This document shows positions 41,301 to 53,400 of a stretch of 64,000 nucleotides of DNA, piece after piece. Location: the NCBI RefSeq assembly GCF_947568905.1, contig NC_079168.1, positions 3,782,001 through 3,846,000 on the forward strand. The letters run 5' to 3'. The DNA comes from Ostrea edulis. Taxonomy: Eukaryota. Every line of letters starts with the position of its first letter. The stretch's first letter is position 1. The position numbers were made by a program, and so were the translations under genes. The notes under the pieces were generated by a model. It was not told where the DNA came from and searched no databases. It worked only from the letters and a program-made list of their open reading frames with translations.

Positions 41301-44300
41301 GCGCATTAATTCATTTGATGAGAGCAATAATTGATCTAATGCACGCATTAATTCAATTATTGCTCTCTTCAATTGAATTAATGATATCTTTAATTCATTT
41401 GAAGAGAGCAATAATTCTTTCAGAGAGAGCAACTATACAATTAAAGATATCTTCAATTCAACATATCCACAATTGAATTAATGATCTATTTAATTTAATT
41501 GTTGCTCTATTTAAAAGAATTGATGCGCGCATTAATTCCTTATACAAAAACATTGTAAATAATTAAAGATATCTTCTTAGCTCTAAATTAATTATTGCAA
41601 GCAATATTTCTACAAAATTTATGCGTGCATTAAACCAATTATTGCTCTCATTAATTCAATTGATGTGTGCTTTAATTCAACTGATGAGAGCAATAATTGA
41701 ATTGAAGCGCGCATTAATTCATTTGATGAGAGCAATAATTGATTTATTCAATTAAAGAGAGCATGGTATCTTCAATTATTCGAGTTTATGTTAATTTGGC
41801 GCTCCATATGTATGGAGCACCAAATTAACATAAACTGAAATAATTGAAGATATCTTCAATTATTTGAAGATATCATCAATTCATTTGATGCACTCAACAA
41901 TTAAATTAAAGATCTCTTCAAATAATTAATGATATCTTCAGCTGAATTGATGCACACTTTAATTGAATTTTAAAATGATATCAACAATTGAATTGATGTG
42001 TGCTACAATTCAATTGAAGAGAGCAATAATTGATATAATGCACGCATTAAATCAATTGATGAGAGCAATAATTGATTTAATGTGTGCATTAATTAAATTA
42101 TTGCTCTCTTCAATTGAATTAATGATATCTTTTTTTTAGAGAGAGTTACTATATAATTAAAGATAGCTTCAATTCAATATATCCACAATTGAATTAATGA
42201 TATCTTTAATTGAATTGTAGCTCTCTTTAAAAGAATCATTGATGTGCGCATTAATTCCTTATACAAAAGCATTGTAAATGATTTAAAGATGTCTTCAATT
42301 GAATTAAAGAGATCATCAAATTATTTATACAGAGCTCTAAATTAATTATTGCGAGCATTATTTCTACTAAATTGATGCTCTCATCAAATGAATTGAAGAG
42401 AGCAATAATTGAATTAATGCGCGCATCAAATCTATTATTGTTCTCATTAATTGAATTAATGCGTGCATCAATTGAATTGATGAGAGCAATAATTGAATTG
42501 AAGTGCGCATTAATTCATTTGATGAGAGCAATAATTGATTTAATGCGCGCATTAATTCAATTAAAGAGAGCAATAATTGAATTTATGATATCTTCAAATA
42601 ATTGAAGATATCTTCAATTATTTGAGTTTATGTTAATTTGGCGCTCCATACATATGTGTGGGATTACTTACTGGCACATTATACATGAGACAAAATGTTG
42701 TCAGTCTGTTATATTCTTCCACGTTCAACCAAACTCTTACAATGATCTCTGCATTACATAGAGTTTATAATAAGACAGACTATGATTATAATCAAGTGAC
42801 CTTGACCTGTCTTAAATGACCTTAATGGAGGGTTTAAGACAAATAGTTTGTCAAAAGCAACCTTTGTGACAATTAGCATGAACATAGAAAGTTTCTTCTG
42901 TTGAATCCATCAAGAGCAAGTGATAAGGAAATGCTTTAATTCTTATAGCAGAGCTTTCAGTTTATAATCCAGTGGCAGATTTAGAGGACTGGTTACTGGG
43001 GATGCAACATTCCCTCCCCTTTGATAGAAAAAAGATTACAAAATGGTATATTTTTGCCATATTTGACCTTCAATCCCCCCTCTATCTTTTTATCAAAAAG
43101 GTACAATCTTTAGTAAAAATCCCCCACCCCCTTTGAAAATTTTCTGGATCTGCCCCTGTGTAGTCTATACATGACTTTTTGGGGGGGGGGGGGTGTTTCA
43201 ATGATTATAATTTTGTATTTGTCCCCAAATGACCTTTTCTCCAAATTGCTATCAGCAACGGTTGCGACAGTAATTCACAGACTGACACTGCATGACTTGT
43301 GGATTCAGTGTTCTAACTAGTTGCCTACCGTTATATTCATTTATCCAGTATAAGATAAAAATTAAGTAATGCACATGTGCTTGAAAATTGTCATATTTGG
43401 GGTGGTGGTGGTTTTATAATGTATCGTTTGTGGTACTTTTGGTGTGTGTGTTTATAGGGGGGGGGGAGGTATGGTAAATAAAGTAGAAATTTTCCATTAG
43501 TCCCACACTACTAGAGTACAAACCTTTTTGCACTGGGCTATATAAGCAGCCTTTATCTCTCTGCCATCTGCGGTCTGCTTTATTCCAAGTATTTGGTAAT
43601 GGGTTTTTGATTGCAATGATGCACATCTTCTAAAAAAAAACAAATCAAAAACAAACCCTTAGATAACTTATTATCTAAGCTGTTTTAAGGTAGTGATTGC
43701 ATGGGTCATTGATAATTAATGAATCTATGAATTTTTTTAATTTTTACATATTTGTAGTTGACAGTATCTGTAACTCATTATGAAAGTATCATGTAGGGTT
43801 TTTACGGAAATTGTGACGCTACGGTTGTCATAGTAACCCCTCTTGTCAACTTTCTGTAATAAATGGCACAGGTGTTTCAGATGGTGTTTAAAAATGATAC
43901 AAAAAGAGTAAGTGATACAAATTTTATATGTTAATTCACACTTTTTTATTTCTCTTAAGATCCACGTTACACAGTAGACTCCCTCGATTCCCTCTTAGAT
44001 GACGATCTCAAAGTGGACGATGGGGATATTTGTAGCAAAATAAAGTGTTTTAAATCCATGTATAGTGTACTTAGGAAAGATATGATTAAAATAATCAGTA
44101 TTGTTTGCTTAAAATGACGCGTTTACATAACCCGCGTTTCCTTGGCCTAACGGTTTCCCTTGGATATTAGGCTATATATCCTGACCAGAACTTTAGATTT
44201 ATGTGCACTAACACCATATACATTTTATGAAATTTATAGCATTATATATTATTATTTTAGGTGGAAAGGATAACGCTTTAGCGGCCGGAAACCATTGCGT

Positions 44301-45128
44301 CTACAGACGGACGGACAGACAGACAGACAACCCGATTCCAGTATACCCCCCCCCCCCCCCCCCCCACAACTTGTTGCGGGGGGTATAATAAAGGTTTTCC
44401 CTATAATATTTATTTATATAGGCAAATTTTACTGTATTGTAAGTATTTCAAAATATATGTTCACTCAAATGTATTTAATGCATAAGTCTATTTAATTTCC
44501 TACAAAATTACCTTGATGTGAATTTGTTTATATTGAGAGTAATTAATGTATCACGTAATCAACAATTCTCAACATGGTATCACGCAATCAACAATTCTCA
44601 ACATGATATCACGCAATCAATAATTAATTCTCAACATGGTATCACGCAATCAATAATTCTCAACATGGTATCATGCAATCAATAATTCTCAACATGGTGT
44701 CACGCAATCAATAATTCTCAACATGGTATCACGCAATCAATAATTCTCAACATGGTATCACGCAATCAATAATTCTCAACATGGTATCACGCAATCAATA
44801 ATTCTCAACATGGTGTCACACAATCAATAATTCTCAACATGGTATCACGCAATCAATAATTCTCAACATGGTGTCACACAATCAATAATATTCAACATAA
44901 TACCCATTTATTTTCGGAATCCATCCTTGACCTATTATATGTAATCTTTTGACCCAGCAATCAATAAATAATAGATTAAATTTGATCTGTCTCGTACTAT
45001 AATAGGGTTTGTATAGTCATGATATTACTACATTTAATTTCAGAATATACACACCTTGTTAGAAGAACCTGAGCGAGGGATATCTTGCGTAACAGCTTAC
45101 AAGGTACTGGACAGAAGCACTCAACCAT
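38332..45128 (-). CDS. DNAJC4: DNAJC4-like J-domain protein, paralogue B, 250 aa; exons 45128-45055, 43629-43524, 40699-40560, 38764-38332
   Basis: MVECFCPVPCKLLRKISLAQVLLTR|RCASLQSKTHYQILGIKQTADGREIKAAYIAQCKK|YHPDLNPGDSQSQQKFVRLQEAYLVLNDPKERARYN; C-terminal hydrophobic segment; phases 2,0,2; 753 nt. The J-domain exons are missing from the supplied ORF track. Confidence 0.87.
39168..39450 (-). mobile_element. 3'-end fragment of the same retroelement family as 57100-57413
   Basis: Reverse-complement match over ~280 bp (GAACAGTGATCAATCTCATAACTCCTATAAGCAATAC...CCTAGGAGGAGTAAGCATCCC). Confidence 0.75.
39571..40188. mobile_element. TA-flanked pogo/Tigger-type MITE (TIR CAGTAAAACA...) with internal tandem repeats
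   Basis: TA|CAGTAAAACATGCTTATA ... TATAATCGTGTTTTACTG|TA. Confidence 0.75.
40954..42650. mobile_element. Two adjacent copies (40954-41808, 41811-42650) of an ~850-bp AT-rich TIR MITE
   Basis: Each copy runs TATGGAGC(G/A)CCA(C/A)ATTAACATAAACT ... AGTTTATGTTAATTTGGCGCTCCATA; the copies are separated by only TG. Confidence 0.85.
42970..43158. mobile_element. Short derivative of MITE family 1
   Basis: CAGTGGCAGATTTAGAGG ... CTGGATCTGCCCCTG; TSD unclear. Confidence 0.6.
44547..44898. repeat. 29-bp minisatellite (ATGGTATCACGCAATCAATAATTCTCAAC), ~12 copies, paralogue B intron 1
   Basis: Direct reading. Confidence 0.95.
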
Positions 45129-45230
45129 AACTTAGGCGCTTCATCCCCGTGACATGCAGCATCTGCCTGACCTGCGATAAAACAGCTCTGATATACTAAA
45201 AACTACCTGTGTATGACATTCGTGAATATG

Positions 45231-45491
45231 ATTGATTGAATATTAATGTTTAACATCCCTCTCGAGAATATTTCACTCATATGGAGATGTCACCATTGCC
45301 GGTGAAGGGCTGCAAAATTTAGGCCTATGCTCGGCGCTTATGGCCTTAGAGCAGGGAGGAATTGTGCCACACCTGCTGTGACAAGGGACCTCAGTTTTTG
45401 TGGTCTCATCCGAAGGACCACCCCATTTAGTCAGTTCATACGACAAGCAAGGGGTACTAAGGACCTATTCTAACCCGGCTCCCCACAGGAT
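45231..45491 (-). mobile_element. SINE copy with 12-bp TSD
   Basis: TTCGTGAATATG at 45219-45230 and 45492-45503; reverse complement of 7300-7549; lies 60 bp upstream of the paralogue B first coding exon. Confidence 0.9.
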
Positions 45492-47405
45492 TTCGTGAAT
45501 ATGTCATTGTGGATGAAATTGATAGATCTATTCATTGTGCAGTGTATCAGCTAGCATCTGCATTTAGAGCATTACATGATTACTATGTCAACATGTTATA
45601 TTATTTTAAAGATGCCCATGGGTGCATGACAATGATCACCTGAGTCATCAATAGAATATATACTAGAGGATATATAGTAAACCTGTATTGAAAATTTAAG
45701 ATTTCATTTTGTTAGTTTCATTTCCCTTTATAAACCCCTCACACATGTATGCATACAGATTTAAGCAGAAATATGCCACACCAGAGAAATTTGATAGGGA
45801 TGAAAAGTGGAGGATTGTATATATAACAATATTTTGAAATTAAAAACTTTCAAATTTACTTTACTGGTAGCCAAAAAATGCATGCAGTTTTAAAAGGAAA
45901 AAGTTTAAAACCCCTGCTGGATTCAAACCAGTGACCTATACAGTTCAGCGAATATTCGAACTCTGAAAGGAATATACAAATATTGCTGCATGATTTTTAT
46001 ATTTTCAAATTCATTCAATTGGTTTAAAAGGAAGTCGGCCATTATGATGATGTAGAGTACCTCCTTAGAGCTATATGTGCCGTATAAATCTTCAGATATT
46101 ATCGTAGGAATAAGAAATATGTGTTTTATATTAAGCTAATAATAATAAGTTATATACTTTTTAAAATTTAACTATCGGATTAAAAAGTTATCAAGCTAAC
46201 TTCCTACTTGTAATTACGTATTCTCCGAGCCGGATAGGGAATGCCCCATTTTCAAAATATTCATGATCACGTACGTGATGTTGCAAACGGAATTTGAAAG
46301 TCAACAATAATTACATATGGAAATGTGAAAGCGTGTGGACAGCTTGCAGGCTGTTAGCGGGGCACATTTAGCAATTTAATAAAAATCAGACAGAAACATT
46401 AGGGTAGAGAGAACCACTTAAAGCAATGGCAGGCAAGTTAAATATCATAATATTTAACACAATCTCACCGTACAACTACACACTGTAAATCTCCCATGGT
46501 GTTTCTATAATATTTTTCTCTTAACTAATGTGCTTGCATGCATATATCCAACGTCAATCCTTCATTATAAATATATATATATGTGTGTATTAAAAAATCT
46601 TCGTTTTCTCCTTACATTGCGTAGACCAGTACACCTTTAATATAATAGTACCCATATATAATTTGTGGAAATTTCAAATATTATTATAAACAAGTAATAT
46701 AGTTTTTAACATTTGAACAAATATTATACTGTTTAATACAGCATGGGCACATATGAATTTAACAGTGCATGTTTAATCCACGGTGTTTTTTTTTTTTTTT
46801 ATACAATCTGAGCAAACTGGTATATACTGATATATACTCTATATACGTACTACAAACAGATTTATACCATTTGCTCAGATTGTGCTAAAACGCTAGCTCA
46901 GTGATTTAATCAATATTTCATTATTGATACAAACAAATTTTGCGGTGTCTGTGGTTTTGTCAATGTATCTGACATAGGCCCCATATAATGAAATACAATA
47001 ACCATCAAATCTAGGCATACATACGCTATACACCGGCCTTTATGACAAAAGCCTTACACAACTTGTTCAATCCGTGATTAATCCGGAAAGGTTTTAATTT
47101 TAGTCTTTCCCATTCCACTTCTTGTTATGGGTTGAACTTGCTCAAGGTTTCGAAGCTCATATCAAATAAGTTTCCAAATGAAAGTGCTTAGGTCTGCTGC
47201 TTTGGACATTTTATAAAGTAAGAATTAATTTGGATTTGACACAAAATCTTGAGAAATGAAGGTACACAAGTTTTCATTTATTAAATAGTTGTATAGATCT
47301 ACATATTTTGCAATCACCGCCGTGCAATGTTCGATCAGTTGATGTTACACAATATCATGAATTTGTATTTGTTATTGCAGGTCAGTGAAGATGTTGACAT
47401 AAATT

Positions 47406-50400
47406 ATGTTTCATTCAACATGTTCAATAAAGAATCATGCACATACGTTTAAACATACTTCATGTTGGCAACTGGTTTCGAGGTAAATTGAAATTAATCA
47501 ATTAAAAAGAATGCTGTATATTATGATTGTAAGAAGTATATTGATTATCAATGATTCTTGATATTTAGAAACAGTAGCTACAATACCAAAGGTGCCTGGA
47601 TCAACAGGGCTTGATGCTAACTTTTTATGTCACCAGTCCAGCCGGACTGATGGGGTATAGTATCAACCAGTCCGCAGAAAAAATTACCAGTCCGACAGAG
47701 TTTTCCAGAAATAATTAAACATATTCCATTAATGTTATCAAAATGAAATTTAATTAAATATGCCTCAGACAATAATGTAACACTTATGTGGGATTTATAA
47801 TTTACGAGTCAGATTCGTCTGATATCTACAGGTCGAAGTAGATATATGCCAAATGTGTGTATAAGATTCCATAAACTGTATATTTTCCAAAATGATGCTT
47901 TAGAAAATTAACCAGTCCCATCGGACTGACTAAAACAAATGTCAGTCAGTCCGCCAGACTTATAACCAGTCACAGACTGACGGGCATATGTTAATTTCGA
48001 GCCCTGATCAAGGATATTGTACCGTAACATATGTAAACACTGAGGGAAAATAATAATAGCCTTTATTATACCCCCCGAACGAAGTTCATGACCTCTGTAT
48101 GACCTTGAACCTTGACCTCAAGGTTAAAATTAAAGGGTTTTTTACGATGGATTCGTGTCCGGGCTATAACTTCTTTGTTCTTTGACATTGGCATACCATA
48201 TTTGGCACACAGGTGGATCACCATGAGATGATGTGTAAAGTACCATCATGACCTCTATATGACCTTGACCCTTGACCTCAAGGTCAAAATTAGAGGTTTT
48301 TTACAATGGATTTGTGCCCAGGCCATAACTTCTTTGTTCTTTGACATGGGCATACCATATTTGACACATGAGTGTATCACCATGAGACGATGTGTCGGGT
48401 ACCTTTATGACCTCCATATGACCTTGACCGCAAGGTAAAACTTAAAGGTTTTTACAATGGATTCGTGTCAGGGCCATGACTTCTTTGTTCTTTGACATAG
48501 GCATACCATATTTGACACATGAGTGTATCACCATGAGACGATGTGTCGGGAACCTTCATTACCTCTATATGACCTTGAACTTTGACCTCAAGGTCAAAAT
48601 TGATTATAGGGTTTTGACATAGTCATACCATAAGACATGGGTGTATCCCTGAGACTATGTGTCAGGTACATTCATGACCTCTTTATGACCTTGACCTTTG
48701 ATCTCAAGGTCAAAATTATAGGTTTATACCATGGATTTGTGTTTGGACTATATCTTGCATTTTCTTCTACAAAGGCATACCATATTTTTACACTCAGGAA
48801 AGAGGTAATTTATACCTATTAACAACACCCTTTGGGAGATTGGGGTAAGCGGGGGGTAGTCTTAGTGAGTATTGCTCACAGTACCTCTTGTTTATCCAGG
48901 ATAACACAAATTAGCATATAGCTAGTTTCCATTGTGGTCCTGCTTTAAAACATATACACAAACGAAAAATTACAATCTAAAATTATTATCTAAACATGAA
49001 TATGATATAAAAGGAAAAGGGGGAAAATATAGCATAAGACACACCTAATTAGGGATAAAATTATTACCAAAATATGAATACATAACATAAAAGGAAAGAA
49101 GAAAAAATAGCATAAGACACACGCACATACAGTGCCATATCACAACTACATTTGGCAAATGTGAACCATGAAATGGGAAATGTGAACCATGAATAATTAT
49201 TTCTTCCGATTTATGTTGTCTCTGTCTTCATTAGGCCAAAAAATATATATGTTGATTTACACTTTCCCTACCTACCCTGAAAATTTCTGCTGACCCAAAC
49301 AAATTTTTTTCCATTCTCACAGAATTTGCAAATGTCATCACTACAACAAGAGTATATTTATTGACTTATTTATCAAGTTATTTATTATGCTCTAATACTA
49401 GACAAATTCTAAAACATCCAAAACACAGAAACAGTTTTTGTTTACAGTAAAGTGAAGATATGTATTGATTCATCATATAAATTTTATTTGATTACTAAAT
49501 AATCGCTTCATTTTATGCATAGTAGAATACTAGATCATTAGAAAATTATTCAGCCTATAAAATTAGAAAGAAAAAAGAACTACCTACCTACCGACCCTTA
49601 AAAATTTTGAGGTGAAAGTGGAAACCAACATATATTTTTTTTGGCCTTTATGTGTGTGTGTGTGTTTAGCTTAAAACTAAATACGTCATTACCACAGAAT
49701 GTTAATTTAGCCATGTTTTGCAGTACAATATCCTAACGCAGGTGCCTATGTACAATATTCAGTGGTCTTCTCCAATTTTTATAACAGACACATCGATCCA
49801 CTTTAAACATCATTCCTATTGTATTTATATTGAAAATAAATATTGAAAGCATTGTTTTACTTTCAGGGGAAGGCTACAAATCTTTGTGATTTATTTTTGG
49901 ATAGAATGAGCTTTCAGAGAACATTAATAATGTATAAACCTTTAAAAACAAACAGTTGACATTAAATGTAAAATTTATGAATTTTTAACTATCTTTGGTG
50001 GAAATCATTATATATCTGCTGGGAAGATACTGTTTCAGTGATTGTAATAACAACAAAACAATCACAACAAACAAACGAAACAAAGATTGAATTATTGGTG
50101 GATAAACAATTTTCATTTATTTTTACATGCTTTCATTAATTTGAAATGATTGTACAATTTTCAGACACTGCTTATCCTCATATTCAAGAACACATTATGA
50201 AACATTAGGACTGCAGAAACAAGCCAGTGGAAAGGAAATCAGAGCTGCATACATTCAGTTATGCAAAAAGGTATGTGGATCCAGTTATATCACTCATGTC
50301 TGCTTTCTTTTATTGCATTTTTTTTTAAACTTCGAAAAAATTTTGTATTGATTTTATATATTTTAAGATATATATATATATGCATTATATATTGCATTGT

Positions 50401-53400
50401 GATTATTTCACATTTAGAATTCATCATATATGTATATGTAAATTACATTTAAGAATAAAAAATATACTGAAAGTCGGGTATTAAAGTAGTTTAGTCTTTT
50501 TTTCCAGTATCACCCAGATGCAAATCCAGGTGACCCGCAATCGCAGCAAAACTTTGTGCAACTTCAGGAAGCTTACAGTATACTTACTGATCCCAAGAAA
50601 AGAGCAGATTATGATGTCCAGTTAAATAGAAATAATTTCAGGACAAACCGAACAGAGTAAGTCTGGCAAAACAAAACAGCTTCATGGAGAGCTACCAAAC
50701 ATGGTTTATTTATTCCTCAAGATGTCTAAATGTCTCATCCTCTGGATTTTACGCCTCGAGATGTTGAGATCTTACTCCTCGAGATGTTGAGATCTCACTC
50801 CACACGAGATATATAGATGTCTCATCCCCAAGACCTTACTCTTTGATGTAGAAACTGTGTGTTGGAGAAATTGTGTAACATATACATATATTAATTATAC
50901 ATGTACAGTAAACCACGATTACAGTGAATACACTAATAATAATAATAAACATGTTAAAGTAAACGTGCTTATAATGAATTCATGTTTACAGTGAAACACG
51001 GTTATAATGAACATGTTTATAATGAATTCATGCTTACACTAAAACACTGTTACAGTGAACATGCTTATAATGAATTCATGTTTACAGTGAAACATGGTTA
51101 TAATGAACATGTTTATAATGAATTCATGCTTACACTAAAACACTGTTACAGTGAACACGCTTATAATGAATTCATGTTTACAGTGAAACATGGTTATAAT
51201 GAACATGTTTATAATGAATTCATGCTTACACTAAAACACTGTTACAGTGAACACGCTTATAATGAATTCATGTTTACAGTGAAACATGGTTATAATGAAC
51301 ATGTTTATAATGAATTCATGCTTACACTAAAACACTGTTACAGTGAACATGCTTATAATGAATTCATGCTTACACTAAAACACTGTTACAGTGAACACGC
51401 TTATAATGAATTCATGTTTACACTAAAACACTGTTATAATGAACATGCTTATAATGAATTCATGTTTACAGTAAAATATGGTTGTAATGAACATGCTTAT
51501 AATGAATTCACGCTTACAGTAAAACATGGTTATAATGAATTCATGCTTACACTAAAACACTGTTACAGTGAACATGCTTATAATGAATTCATGTTTACAG
51601 TGAAACACGTTTATAATGAACATGCTAATAATGAATTCATGCTTACACTAAAACATGGTTACAGTGAACATGCATATAATATTAAAATTCATGCTTACAG
51701 TAAAACACAGTTACAGCGAACACACTTATAATGAATTTACGCTTACAATAAAAGATTGTTACAGTGAACACACTTATAATGAACTCACGCTTACAGTAAA
51801 ACACTGTTACAGTGAACACACTTATAATGAATTCACGCTTACAATAAAACATGGTTACAGTGAACACACTTATAATGAATTCACGCTTACAGTAAAACAT
51901 GGTTACACTGAACACGCTTAATAAAAAGAATTCACACTTGCAGTAGAACACGGATACAGTGAACATGCTTATAATAAATTCACGCATACACTAAAAAATG
52001 ACTACAATGAACATGTTTATAATGAATTCATGCTACATTCAAACACTGTTACAGTGAACACGCTAATAATGAATTCACGCTTACAATAAAACATGGTTAC
52101 AGTGAACATGCTTATAATGAATTCACACTTACAATTAAACATGGTTACAGCGAACACGCTAATAATGAATTCATGCTTACAATAAAACATGGTTACAGTG
52201 AACATGCTTATAATGAATTCACACTTAGGCCAATTCAACTTAATTAGTAGATTATCATCCAGGGTCAGCAAAAAGTATGGGGCGGGTGGGAGGATTTTAT
52301 TTTTTAGTTTTTATTTTCTGAGAAAAATATTAAAGACAAACGATTTTTTTTTTCAACAGATGTGCATCATTTAATGCCAGGTGGATATCAATCTATGCTA
52401 TTTTCACAGATAAATTCCAGGTTAAGCTTTAATTTCAAACAGAATTATACCTAACTTCTTCAAGATTTACGCCTGTAAGAACGCGAGAAATTAAGAAAAC
52501 CATATAGATCTATTTTCTTCACGTGGCTTTCCACGTTGCTATACCGGAAATGTAAACAAGAAGTGTAAATACCGGAGTCGGACATGAAAATATTCTGGAT
52601 TTCGCAAGTTTTGCAAAATAAAAAAATTCAGGGCGGGCCAATTTTTGAGGGGCGGGCGGGGATAATAATCTATCAATTAAATTGAATTGGCCTTACAGTA
52701 AAACACTGCTACTGCGAACACGCTTATAATGAATTCACGCTTGCAGTAAAACACTTACAGCGAACATGCTAATAATGAATTCATGCTTACAGTAAAACAT
52801 GGTTACACTGAACACGCTTATAATGAATTTACACTTACAATAAAAGATTTGTTACAGTGAACACGCTAATGATGAATTCACGCTTACAGTAAAATACTGT
52901 TACAGTGAACACACTTATAATGAATTCACGCTTACAGTAAAACATGGTTACAGTGAACACACTTAATATAATGAATTCACACATACGGTAGAACACGGAT
53001 ACAGTGAACACGATTATAATAAATTCACACATACACTAAAAAATGGCTACAATGAACATGTTTATAATGAATTCATGCTTACATTAAAACACTGTTGCAG
53101 CGAACACGCTAATAATGAATTCACGCTTACAATAAAACATGGTTACAGTGAACATGCTTATAATGAATTCACACTTACAATAAAACACGGTTACAGCGAA
53201 CACACTAATAATGAATTCATGCTTACAGTAAAACACTGTTACAGCGAACATACTTATAATGAATTCATGCTTACAGTAAAACATGGTTATAATGAACATG
53301 CTCATAATGAATAAACACTTACAGTAAAACACTTTTACAGCGAACACACTAATAATGAATTCATGCTTACAGTAAAACACTGTTACAGCGAACATACTTA

